From Dimorphilus gyrociliatus (taxonomy: Eukaryota; Animalia; Annelida), in the NCBI GenBank assembly GCA_904063045.1, contig CAJFCJ010000015.1:186001-250000 (forward strand): DNA of 64,000 nucleotides. The letters are read 5' to 3'. Made by a program: the position numbers and the translations under genes. Below, in pieces: positions 50,799 through 63,592 of the stretch (its first letter is position 1; the number at the start of each line of letters is the position of its first letter). The notes below the pieces were generated by a model. It was not told the origin of the DNA. It made no database searches and was given only the letters and a program-made list of their open reading frames with translations.

Positions 50799-51844
50799 CG
50801 TTCTCTCCCTGTTTCCTACTCTAAACCACTCTCCTATTCAATACGAATTTGTATTGAATATAGCATTGTACTCTAATTGTTCAAATCTTTCAAAATAGCT
50901 AAATGTTAAATTCTTGAAAGCTGCTTTTCTTCTCGTCTTTTCTAATTTATCCCCTCTCTCTCTCGTTATCACTGCGTGTAACGAATTGTTGAAATTAAAT
51001 AGCTCATTGTTCTTCTTTGACCTTAACAAAAAAAATATAAAAAAACACAGAAAGAATAGGCAAGGCAGCCAAATTTTTTCTTTAATTTGGTATTTTATCT
51101 TTGCAAAAGATTTCTTATGATTTTCATTACTATCTTTATTACTTTTTATTAATATTCATATTACTCTTGCATAAATTATCATAATTTATGCAAAGATATT
51201 TTAGTTCAAATTATCAATTTAAAAATGAAGTATTGGTAAAGAGAATCTTGTTTTTTGATAATTATGAAAGAATTTCTGATTATTCATTAACATAAGAACA
51301 TAAAGTATAACCAAAATAATTGACCTATTTACGCAGACTATACTTGTTTTATATCTCATCAGATACTTTTCATTACGAAATAAAAAAAAAGAGAAAATTT
51401 TCCACTTTTAATAACTTTGATAAAGAAATTAATCCCTCCAGTTTTTGTCTCGTCATGGTTAAATGAGTTTTTATTAGGCCTATCCAATTCATAAAACAAT
51501 CTAAGTATAGAGAAAAGAAGAAAAAAAGACCTTTACATCTCCTAGTTGATTTAAAGAGATAATATTTAAATCTTTTTTTAATTTTATTAATTATTAATAT
51601 TCATGAGTTTATTTGAATAAATTAAGTAAAAATAGAAAGTTTATGGTTGTTGTGTGTATTATTAGGATTTTTATAGTTAAAAAACAATACATTGAATTAA
51701 ATACGTCATTTCGTATGATTGTTTTATTAAATGTTAAATAATCAAAAAGGGAGTAAACAATGCGGACGACTGTCTCTTCGATGGTTTATAGAGGTGGGTG
51801 ATGATGATGATTATAATAGTATTTTACTTGATGATTTGAATAGA

Positions 51845-54800
51845 TTAGAGCATTCCGGGTCTCGCATACATTGGTAGATGGTAATGGTTATACGTTAAAA
51901 ATGATAATAGACGTGTATCGACTGCTTTCTTGGTCCCATTTTTATCCATTTCATTTAATAGAGATCTCCTCTGTTTTGGTCCTAGTGCATCCTCCTCTTC
52001 GCTTATCAACATACGTACTCTTTCCTCTACAGATTCAATATCTATTTTTGGTCTATTCGATAATAATTCCCTAATTTCGTCTCTTAGGTCTGTAAATCTA
52101 TCATGGTATATTGAAACTGCCCAAGTTTCTTTGAAATATTCATATAAATCTGGTATTAATTTTTCATCAAATCTCGAAACCAAATTGTTCAAAAGACGTT
52201 CGTGTAAACCGTACAAACAACTCAACATTGTTGTGGAAAGTGGAGATTTTGATAGACACGTAATTGTTTCAATCGTACCGTATTGATTGATATGCAAACT
52301 ACAATAGTTTTCCGTCAATTCACCAGTCGTCAAGACTCTTCCCTGAAATATAAAATAAATTCATTAATCCAATAGATTATATTTAATAAACACAGTATTA
52401 TTAGTTTATCTCTTACGTAATTCTTTTGAGATTGCGCAACTTCTATTGGACATTCAATACCAGGTTTTCTCATTCTTAAATAATACACATATCCGGGGAA
52501 GATAGCACTCTCCATTCTTGGTTGTTTATACATTGGAACAAGCTTTAAGACATCTTGGGCTGGTTCGCTATCAGGATCCAATGTGGGGTCAAAAAGCGTA
52601 AGGAAAGAGTGAGCCAGTTGAGTACCAACTTCCTTTGAGTTAAATTCAGCGTGCGTTAAATCGTCAGCTTGGAATGCTCTTTGGTATTTTGTCACGGGAC
52701 CGGCAGCTCTAATGGTACAGTCGTTTGTGTGAAATTCTCCGTCAATTACCAAACGGCCATCGTATACAAGGCAAGCATCGTTTAATGAACGGAAAGCTTC
52801 GTAGTCCACATCTTTTCGATGGAATGAAAAGAATACACCAGCTTCCAATTCAAGTGGCTTTCTATTGGAAGTAAAAGACACTTTTTGAATTTCTTCTATT
52901 TCATCAACTGTATCGTTCCAAAGTGCAAGTATATAATCTCTATGAACAGTCACCCCTTGAGCGGATAAATTGAAAAATACTGCATTTTCGACCTGTGGAT
53001 TATTAAAGCACATGGAAGAGGTTCCGTCCTTCGGAGGAATTACAAGATGTATACGATTTCCATCTACACCTAATTCCATCATCGACCTAATACAGGTAAG
53101 AGAATCAAGAGAATATCCGTAAATGACAGCATTGCTTCGGGTACCAACAAAGAAATTATCTAGCCAATAGAGAGCAACGGCAGATTCGTAATAATCGTTG
53201 ACTGTGAAAAGATTTCTTGGAATTATTCCATCCCATCTTCTATCTTTATCAAACTGAGCTTCCTCGCTTGTTGCCAAACTCTCAACATGAGCTCCATTTG
53301 GCGCTGGAACCTGATACTGGGTTCCAGTTCCAACAACCATATGATCATAAGGAACAGCGAATTGTCCGTTTACCCAAACTAACTTCTTCCTTCTATCAAT
53401 TTTCGTCATTTTACCATAGACAATGTTACACCAACTTCTCAAAGACATTCTGCAGTGATCATCCGTACTATAACAACCAGAAGATGAAAGGAAACTATCC
53501 CTTAGCTGCTCTGATGAAAGTTCGCCGGGTAATCCATGAGGGCTTATTACGGTTATGTTATTAAATTTCAAATGAGGGCAGAATAGGAGAGTTTCCAAGA
53601 ATGATATTGAAGTATCAGAAGCGCCAATAACAACGATTCTAGCGTTTATTGTAACTTTTGGTTCAAGCATCAATTTACGATTTAAATGTAAAAGACCAAA
53701 AGGTTCTTTGGCCTCTAAAATTCTTTCAGAAGGCGCATTCTTACCCAAAATGTCCAAATTGTATTCTATCTGCCTCCTACCACGAACAGGCACAAAATCA
53801 GACATTATTCCAACAAGGGAGAACGAATTGAGCTTCTCCTCATCGCAAAATGGAGGATAAATGTAGTAATAGCTACTTGTTACGTTAAATAGTCTCATTA
53901 CCTGGAATTTAAAGAGGATTATCTTAGGATTAGTAATTGTTTTTCTTTATATATCTAACCTCTTTTAAGATATGCTTGGATAAATGTTTAAAAGCTGGAT
54001 TACATGCAAAATGATGAATTCGAACATGCTCTCTCCTAGCGTGTTGGTTGAAGTAGATAAAATCTTCAATATTATAATGAGATCGAATATATTCGATATT
54101 CTCCTCATTCCTTATTATAGCTAAAGCTATAACTGAATCGTTAATTGTAGCGATGTATGCTCCTAATTTAGTTCCATCGGCATCTCTATGAGCATCAACG
54201 TATTGTTTAACATCTTTCATCATAGAATTTTGTAAAGCCAAATTGTCTACCAATTTCTGAATTTTCGGTATATCAGTAGCTATGCAATGGCTGACTTTAA
54301 GATTGCTAAAACAAAATTAACTAGTTAATAACAATAGTAATAATAAGGATAATGGAATAGATTAATAGATAATCTTACTTTAGTAATCCCGATCTACTAA
54401 ATATATAAAGTTCTTGAGGAAGTATACTGCCCGATCTTGGAATAGCTCTCTGTAGAAGAAAACAGGAAAACACTATATAAAATACCAAAAATAAATGGAA
54501 TAATAATAGCAAAATTAGTTTAAAATATCCATAAATCAATTATTATAGTGATCTTGATCCAAAAAAACATACAAAGAAACATAGAAGAATTATCTAGTTA
54601 AGAAATTTTCCAGTAAAACTTTTTTTTTTAAAAAAAAAATTTAATGATAAGAATGCAAAAAAAAAAAAAGTAACCAGAAAATTTCTACTGCAAATAAGTG
54701 AATAATGAAAAAAAAACTGGTAATTCTTTTTCTTATTCCTTTTTAAGACAACGTATTTCACAATAAGAAAATAATAACATAACATGCCCCAATTTTTACT

Positions 54801-56789
54801 AATATTAAAATAAACACCATTAAGCATCTCCGTAATTAATAAATACAGTATTTATATGAAAATATAGGTTTTTTTTGCTGTTTTTGTTTTTTTTTAATTG
54901 TTTACTAATAGAAAAACATTATTTAGAGATTTTAGCATGCAAAAATGAATAGAAAACCTTCCAAGCTCCTTCAATACTACCAAGAAGTCTTTTGTTAAAA
55001 ATGGCGAAAGTAGGCACAAGACGCTGTTTAGTTGTTTGTAGATGAAGGATATGATTTTATGTTAATTTTTTTGATTTAATTTTGTTAATACAAGTAATTA
55101 GTATTCATAACGATTTGTTTCATTAGTAATAGAATTAGAATTTGTTAATATTTAAATGAGGAATATGCTTATTAATTAACATTTAAACTTACCGAACAGA
55201 GCTGTAACATCGGAAATTCTGGTACCATATGAGGTACCGTTATTATGCAGAATTCCTTATTTGGATAGAATTCGAATACTTTGTACATGAAATCACCAGA
55301 TCTCATTTCGTATCTTTCATCTATGCAGAATAGTTGAATGCAGACGGCTAAATTTTCTCCGTAGTACGTTGGAAGAAATCTCTTCCTTAGGTTAGCTTCG
55401 AGTGATGCTGGTTTAGGTGTTTTTGGAACGTGAACTGGTTCCGCCTTTGGAGGATAATAAAATTTCAAACTTTTTTGTTCAATTCCACTGTTGTGTATAT
55501 ATCTCTTTCTTACCTTAATTGATTGACGATCGCTAGCCTCAGACCTAGCGGATTCTAGATCATTTTGAACTTCTTCTTCTTCTCCAAAAAGATCATCGGT
55601 GGTTTTTCTTCGTATTTTAATTTCTTCATCCGTTACTTCGTCCTTTTTACCAAAAACTTTAGAATTCTTTGAACTAGTGGTAGACAATCTTCTAATTTCC
55701 TCTGGTTCTGGTTCCGGTTGGGGAGTTGCTGTCTTTTCTGCTGTTTCTTCAAGAATGTCTTTGTCTGTACGTTTACAAAATCCGTAATATGGTCCTAATT
55801 CGAAACATTCGTTCAGAAGTTTTACATTTACATCCTCGCTAACGCTTAAAAATCCAACGGCTGTTCCTTCAACTTCGGCAACAAGACATTTCATCTTATC
55901 ATCTTGGGCTTCTATAAGTTCGGCTAGGAAAAAATCACCGTAAGTGTGCTTTAAGACTTCCGTTTGCCGGTTAAAAATTGGAGTTAGATCATCGTGATCC
56001 TCCACCCTAGCTTTGCGAATATGTAACACTGGCACATGTTGATGACGATAACAAATAAAGAGTGCACAATTATCTGGACCTTTGTTAAGACCGTCTCTTA
56101 ATTTAACTTCTTCGAAAATCTCAGATAGAGAAGCATCTGGAAATACTCCGATAGGAACACACAAAAGACAATAATGAATGGATGGAACAGCATTAAACAT
56201 TGTTCTGATAATTTCCTCAGCACAACCATGAGAATAGTCTCCTTTTGAGACGAAAAAATGTAAATAAACCGTATTTAGAGCGGTGCATTTTTCTAATTCA
56301 TAGTATTTCCATAACCAAGATTCCCAACCATTTACAGTAACTTCCTCTAAATTTGGGTAATCATAAAAACTGGCATGTCCTAAAACCTCTTCTTTATCAT
56401 TGCATAAAGTTACTGCTAGGGATGCTTTCTCTCTGAAATTAATAGGGAATATATCAATTTAACAACAATCTATCACATTGTTTACTTTTGATAAACCTAT
56501 AGTTACAGAGAATCTTTATTGTAATTTTTCCTACAAATTCAATATTATAGATAGTCAAGGAGTAATAATTAGGTGAAAATATAGTATCATTTACATAAAC
56601 TCACATTAAATTCACAACATTTACTCTGCCAAACAACGATTCTGTGTTTGGTTGAACCAATTTTAAGATTGCAGGAGCGTCAAGAGACTCTGTTCTTCTA
56701 GCGTTTATAATTTCCGGCATATCACACGATTTTGGCCGCTTCGAAGGCGATCGTGGCATTGGTGATGTATTTGTGTTTTGTCTTTCCAT
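51845..56789 (-). CDS. CFAP61: Cilia- and flagella-associated protein 61 (C20orf26), multi-exon
   Basis: ARRTESLDAPAI, LHIRKARVEDHDDL.PIF, YGDFFLAELIEAQD, AVCIQLFCIDERYEMRS, Rossmann-like NARIVVIGASDT and C-terminal YNHYHLPMYARPGML*. Confidence 0.95.
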
Positions 56790-56830
56790 CTTTTCTATTT
56801 TTATAATTAAAATTCTAAAAGGCGGCAGCG

Positions 56831-56845
56831 GTTACCCTTAGCAAC
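56831..56845. promoter_or_regulatory. RFX X-box upstream of CFAP61
   Basis: GTTACCCTTAGCAAC, starting 42 bp upstream of the CFAP61 ATG. Confidence 0.65.
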
Positions 56846-57140
56846 TTCCTACCATAGTGGGAAACGCGTTACATTCCTCTTATAAACAATGCTTTTTAGA
56901 CCGACACAGGGAACCTTACTACGTAAGACTACCAGTTGTTTTTTTTTTATAGTTCAAAATACTTTTCAGTTACATTTGAAAAGTAAAAAAAGCAATTATT
57001 TTCAAGTGCAAAGTTTACAAGTTCTTTAATTGTAAAGAAATTAAACTGAATTGCTGAAATTTGTGTATTTCTCTTCTTTCCACTTTATTTACAATGAAAT
57101 TTTTATTCATAAAAAAAATACCATTTCCTTTATTTCGATA

Positions 57141-59265
57141 TTAGTCATGCAAAGTTAAAAGCTGGAATTTATTACTGCTTAATAAATCTGTAGAAATATG
57201 GCAATCGTTATCTTGTTTTTCGGTGTTTTCGGAACTTGCCTCACTTTCCTCTTCTTCCAAGCTTTTATTCTCGTTCGTTTGTCCTTTACTTCTTTTTTTA
57301 GATTTTTTCTTATTTTTAGATGAATAGTCTATTAATTCAACTCCGGATGATAGAATAATTGTTTTCAAGTAGTGAAATTTCTGATATAGTTGAGAGTCGA
57401 CAATGAGAAGGTGTTCTATAGCTGATATTGGACCGGCACGTCTAGTTAAATCCAAGAATAGATTATATAAAAATGTACCCGAAAGAAACTTTGAAGGTTC
57501 TATGAATTGAATTGGTCTGTCTAACAAATCGTTTAACCATGATGAGACGAAATAAACACTTTGTAACTGAGCAAATGAATGAACAATTTCTGCATGAAAA
57601 GTATTAGCTGCGGAAAATTTTGGAGTTTCCTCATATTTCTTCAGTCTTTCGTAAGAAATATTATATGTTTCTAAATCAAATGAAATATAGTAATATCTGA
57701 TAAGACAAACAAGCACAGTGTAAACATGTAGCTCCGTTACTTTTGGGTTACTATTTCTAATCCAATATATAATAGCATATAAGACAGCCAGTAAATTAAC
57801 GTCTACCATTGACTCATCAAATTTACTAGTTAATATATTCAAAAAGATTTCCTTTCTTTCTCCAATTGACATTTTGTCAATTTTTTCAAGATTAGCATAG
57901 TTAACATCTTCTTTTTCAATAAAATATTTTTTTTGATTTTTTCCCGCTCTATTATATTCTTCAATACAATAATCTTTCTTTTTCTTTCTCTTCTCAGAAT
58001 CTTCAAGTTGTAACAGTATACTATATACAATTTTCCTCAGTTCAAAAGAAACATTATGGGCACTCTCTTCATTAAAATTTTCAATTTGAATAGGTAGAAA
58101 GATTCGATGAGAAATAAGAGCATTTACAACATTTACATCACAACTGTTACCCATTAAACGGTCTATAAGCCAATCTGTTATATATGTAAAATACATTGTT
58201 AATATATCTATTTTATTTAAATCATGAGAAAGAAAATATATGAATTCAAATACCTGGTATTTTCGTTCCTAAGTATGAATTTACCTCGCAACAATTACAG
58301 AATTGCTTTAAATCTTCCTGAAGATTTAATGTTGTACTACAATTAACTGTTGTATCTGTATAACGATCAATACATTTACGTAACTTCTCTCGAAGAACAT
58401 CTTTATCAGCCCTAAAAGGTTCCAAAATTCTTTTAAAAGCTTCATCGAAATTACCTATTTCATTTAGCCATGTAAATATTCCAATAGTTTTACCGTGTAG
58501 CCTTTTATTAAAGGGAACATCATTATTTCTAGGAAGTCTATATGTTCTAAATATTGTCTCCAAGTCACTATAAGTTATATAGTCATTTTCATGCATTGTT
58601 CCACCAAGAGCTAATAGCTTAGCGTCTAAGTTCGGGAAGAATTTAATTAAGCTATCACTTTCGTACATACAGGCAGATAAATATTTATAGCTATTCTTTT
58701 GCTTAGATACATTTATATCTAAATAATCGAGAATAAGAAAACCTTTTTTCAACTTGTAAACATAAAAATCGCTATCATTTGATAATACTGGACAATCAAG
58801 AAAGTTCGCCAATTTAGCAATATCGTCGTCCGCTTCAAATCTACTAGCTAAATTAAGAATACCATTTCTTTTAAGACTTTCTTTGAATTCTTGAACCATA
58901 AGTAGAGGAATTGCTTCTTGGAAAGGCTCTTTTCCTTTGCTGAAAGTTCTAGCACAGCAAATCTTTAGTTTTTCTTCGTGACGCCTTACACACGTTCTTA
59001 ATTTAGAATCGTCATTGTTATAACATCCATCCATTAGAATTATAGGTGTAACTTTACACTCTTTTAGGGCAGCAAAAAACATTTCGATAGCCTCTTTATA
59101 GTCACAATAATCTCCTCCATATTTAGTACTAACGCCATAGCGCCGATATATAAAGTACATTAGATTATTTCCATCAATTATTATTGTAGTATCATGCAGA
59201 TGAACTTGTTTTAAAAACAAATCACTATTATTATCAATGAAAAAAGTAAAACCTTTAATTCCCAT
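57141..59265 (-). CDS. ASTE1: Asteroid homolog 1 (XPG/FEN1-like PIN nuclease), 2 exons
   Basis: True ATG at 59265: MGIKGF...IIIDGNNL..YGGDY..MDG..FEADDDIA..VLSNDSDFYV. Exon 2 has LPIQIEN...ELRKIVYSIL and FLSGTFLYN. Confidence 0.9.
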
Positions 59266-59772
59266 TTTATCGCTCAAACTTATATCTATCTTTTGGTTGG
59301 TTAGAATTTAAGAAATTAAGAAATTCATTTAGATTCCACGTCGTAAATTAATAAAATTCTTTTTATTGTTTTCTCCGAGTTTACTGTAAAAACAATGGAG
59401 GGAAAGTGTGTCTTAGTTAACAAAACTTGAAATTCATCAGCACGAGTTAAATGTTCTGAAAAAAAGATAAACTGGTATACTTCCGGTTCGATCAGTTGTA
59501 AGAAGTTCTTTCGTCAACAAAATAAGAAAGCTAGTTCTTAAATAATAGTAGTCGTTTGCTTAAGTTCTTTCATTTTTGGTAGATAACTAACGAGAAATTT
59601 TTTTATATTATACTCATTTAGTATTCAGCTATAATGGAATATCGCTCAAGATGTAAAAAATTTAAGTAGATGAGTTTATTTTTGAACAAAAACTGTCTAA
59701 TTAATAGAGGAACAAAAATTTTGTTTGTACAGGTCAAGATGAATTCGGAGATTGAGTAATAAAATGTCATAA

Positions 59773-60595
59773 TTATTCTTGACTCTGTTTATGACTTTTA
59801 TCCAAAGCTCTCTCCTTCAATTTACTAAAATTTTCTGGTATTTTAAAGAGTTCTTCCTATAAAGTAAAATATAAATATATATACAACTTTTTAACGAGTT
59901 TTTCAATAATTATAGACTTATACTTTTGAAACTTTCATCACTATTCCTTCAGGCAATTGTCTTTGAATATATTCTAGAAGAGTGTCAGCAGTTGAACCGG
60001 TTATATGTTTAAACTATAAATAAGACAATTAATCACTTATAGATAATAAGTAATTTTAAGAAATATATAATTAGCCTAATAAAACAAACCTCAAAGTTCT
60101 TGAAAAAAGTTCTAGTTTCATATTGAGCTCGGTGTTTTTTGTGAACATGGGCAGATTTTAAAACCGTCCACCTTTCAAACACTTTTGGAGGCGATTCTCT
60201 AAATTAATGAAAGTTATATTAATATCTAAAGTCTAAAGGTTATCACCCCGATTACTAATAATCAGTAGAAATAAACAACTTACACAGATACTAGATTCAA
60301 ATTTAATTCTTCCGCTGTTAATCTTATAAATTTTTCGTAACTTTCTAACACTGCTGGCTCATTTCCTTTGCATTCTACTAATAACCGCTGATACAATGCA
60401 TCCAATTCGTCCGAGTCTTCAACGACTTCCTCAGTTTTTGAAATTTGCGTATTTGTAGCAAAAAACGAACTAGTCTGAAAGATTTTCAATTAAAATTTAC
60501 AATTGATAGAAGGATTTAAGTGATAAAACAACCTGTCGTTTAAGAATATTTGATAATCGAAGAAGAAATGTGGGTTTGCTTATGGACGCCGCCAT
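59773..60595 (-). CDS. MRPS10: Mitochondrial ribosomal protein S10, multi-exon
   Basis: [48 protein letters not shown] and [21 protein letters not shown]. Confidence 0.92.
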
Positions 60596-60720
60596 CTTTA
60601 ATTTTCGTATTTTCTAGAAAGAGTCGTAACAAAATATCAATTTAGTTTATCTTCTTCTTGAAACTACTTTATAATTTTTTATTATTAAATACTATAATTT
60701 TTACTATGTACGAAGAAAGA

Positions 60721-60734
60721 GTTGCCATAGCGAC
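60721..60734. promoter_or_regulatory. RFX X-box in the MRPS10/DNAL1 bidirectional promoter
   Basis: GTTGCCATAGCGAC, a near-consensus X-box ending 35 bp before the DNAL1 ATG. Confidence 0.75.
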
Positions 60735-60768
60735 TATAGAGTTTGGTAAATATCTAGCTTGAGGAGAA

Positions 60769-61852
60769 ATGGCTGCGGTAAAGTTCTAAAATTCTCTTTT
60801 TTGTATTTGTATAGCTAAGATCTCTTAAGATATATTATTGACTTTGAATTTGCTTTAACGTATAACATATTGCTTGACTGCATTAAAGTTTCTTTTTCCC
60901 CAATTAAGGGTAAATCATCATCGATAAGAGACGCTTTGAATGCTTGGGTAAGTTAAAGGATACATTAAAGGATGTTAAGAAGAAATGTTAAAGTTCATTG
61001 AACAATTATTTCAACATTAGGAAAAAAATCATGACTTCAAAAAAGCATCGGAAGCCGAAGAAATCGGGTTAATAGGACAAATCCCACCAATCGAAAGGAT
61101 GGATGCTTCTCTCTCTACTTTAACAAATTGCGTGTAAGTACAAAAAGATTTTCTAGAATATTAAAATGATTTTTAAAGCTAATTAAAGCTTATTAAACAA
61201 TATTCAAATTTTCCAGAAAGCTATCCCTATCAACAAATAGCATTGAAAAAATTGCAAACTTAAACGGATTAAGTAAATAGATATAAAATTACTCAATTAC
61301 TTAAAAACCATAATTAATAATCGTTATTTTAATTAATTTCTAGAACATCTAAAAATTCTCTCGCTTGCAAGAAACAACATAAAAAATTTAACTGGATTGG
61401 TTAGTTATTAAATTATAATGATAGATGAAAGAGCTAAATCATAAATATCATTTCAATATAGGAAGCTGTTGGAGATACTCTGGAGCAATTGTGGATATCA
61501 TACAACCTTATTGAAAAATTAAAAGGTGTCAACGTTCTGAAGAAGTTGAAAGTTTTGTACCTGTCCAATAACTCTGTAAAAGACTGGAATGAATTTGGAA
61601 AACTGGTATATATATATATATATACATAAATATTTATAAATATGCATTTATATATATATATATATATTTGTATTTGTATTTTCTTATTAGACCGATCTGC
61701 AAAACCTTCAAGAGCTGTTGATGGTTAATAACCCTTTGGAAGAGAAACACTCAGCAGAGGGTGATTGGAGAGACCTTGTTGCAAACAAATTACCAAGATT
61801 GAAAAAATTAGATGGTGTACCGGTAATTAGACCAGATGAACCAGAAGATTAG
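60769..61852 (+). CDS. DNAL1: Dynein axonemal light chain 1 (LRR), multi-exon, missed by the ORF track
   Basis: MAA|[13 protein letters not shown]|[67 protein letters not shown] and [10 protein letters not shown]...[10 protein letters not shown]. Confidence 0.95.
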
Positions 61853-61975
61853 ACACATTTCTAAAATACCCTTAAAGTTGTATGTATTCTATAAAATAAA
61901 TTAAAAAATATTCCTTTTTTAAATAAAATAATGAACTATGACGGTAATAATTTTCACTTTTATCGTTTTCTTCTT

Positions 61976-63235
61976 TCAATCATCCTCAGTAATTGATAAA
62001 GCTTTAATATCTTGTAAGTTCTGCTCAATTTGTTGTAAATAGGTTTTCGATGTCTTGGAATTATTGTTGGTATTGAAACAGCTGGCAACTTCCTTATACT
62101 TGTCTTTGGCTAGTTGAGAATAGTCCGCCTGATATTTTATATATGGAAATAAACAACATTTAATAAATTCGATCCTTAAGTCATAAAAGAGAGGCAATTC
62201 TGTCAATAGCTTGTTATTCTCTTCTTCATACTCTTTCTTAGCTTTATCCAAAAGTTTCTCATTCTTTATTTATAATAAAATTATATATACAGTATTATTA
62301 CTGATACGTTCAGTATATATCAACTCGTAACTTACGTTTCTAAGTTTGACCAAATTACTCCCTGTTCTCTCTCTTTGCTGATACTTTTGTACTTTATTAA
62401 AGTGTTTAGTATATTCCTGCAAAGAAAATTACGAAAATGATTCAGTTTTAAGAATAAATGAACAGAAATAGGCAATAATAATTAAAAAAAACGCTCACGG
62501 ATAGTAATTGGTTCCTTTTCTGTACTGAGCTGATGGCGAAAGGAATCATTGCGCTGAATCTAAAGAATATGAATAATATAAAGGAAAATTCATATTTAAT
62601 AATAAAAAGTAACTTTTTCAAAGGGTCCATTAAATCCCTATTCAGATGATTAGTCTGTTCAGGAGCTGTCAAAAAAGATACTTGATATTGCCAAGTTTCA
62701 AAGAGACTTTTTAACTCTTCTATATCTTTACTGTTATTTGTTAACTCTTTTAACATCCTTATTTCTAGTTTTGCTTGTTCTAAAATAAATAGTATTGATT
62801 TATAATCTAGTTAAAAAAACGAGTAGAGCTAATAACAACCGTTAGCCTGTTCATCTGTTATCTTCATATCCTTACATAGTTTATGACAAGATTCTTGTAA
62901 GCTTTAGTTTCAGGAAGAAAAAGTTGATCAATCAATAGTGTTGGTAGAGAAAAACCAATTCAGTGAAGTTTAAAAATATTACCTTTCAAGCCGACGTACT
63001 AGCTTGCCAAAATCGTTTTCCTCCTACAAAGAAAAACGTACTGTTAAAGCTGTCATCCTTATCAGTACCAATATAGATATTAGATATACTGTTACCGTCT
63101 TAGTTATAGCATTACTTCTAGGTATCGTAATATGCTTATGGAAGATATTCCTGTTTTATTTAGATCACTTATATTAAATATTCCAGTAAACAGGAGTTTT
63201 AAACTAATTCTAACGTAAAATTTTTACCAATTCAT
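61976..63235 (-). CDS. BIN3: Bridging integrator 3 (N-BAR), multi-exon
   Basis: MNWNIF...ITKT|EENDFGKL, LMDPLKK and KKEYEEENNKLLTELPLFYDLR, with the family C-terminus IKALSITEDD*. Confidence 0.88.
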
Positions 63236-63592
63236 AACAAATCGTTGATTGTTTGGATTCTTAAGATAACGTATTTACGTCAAATAAACTATTTAAATAG
63301 TAGATATGTCTGCTAGGAAATCGATCAGGTAGTCTGACTAATTTTGGGCGGTAACTTTGAAAATCGTAGGCAAGTTGCTCTTTGAAGTCTCGTTTGAAAT
63401 ATACAAGAATTAGGCTAATAAAATTTAATGACATTTTTTTTTACAAATTGGTAATAAAAGTAGGAAAGAGCGGTGTTTGCTATAGCATATCAACTATAGG
63501 CTGAAGAAATTAAACAGAAATTTTTCTCTTAAGTAGTCTACATAAGTTATACACATAATGTTTTATTTCAAGGACATTCGAAGTTAGAAAAG

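Noticed and set aside
50679-50898. Track ORFs with SL/LS repeats
   Set aside because: Translations of the (CT)n microsatellite.
56790-59772. Operon hypothesis for same-strand MRPS10-ASTE1-CFAP61
   Set aside because: Both gaps contain their own promoter-type motifs (ACTTCCGG at 59479-59486; X-box at 56831-56845).
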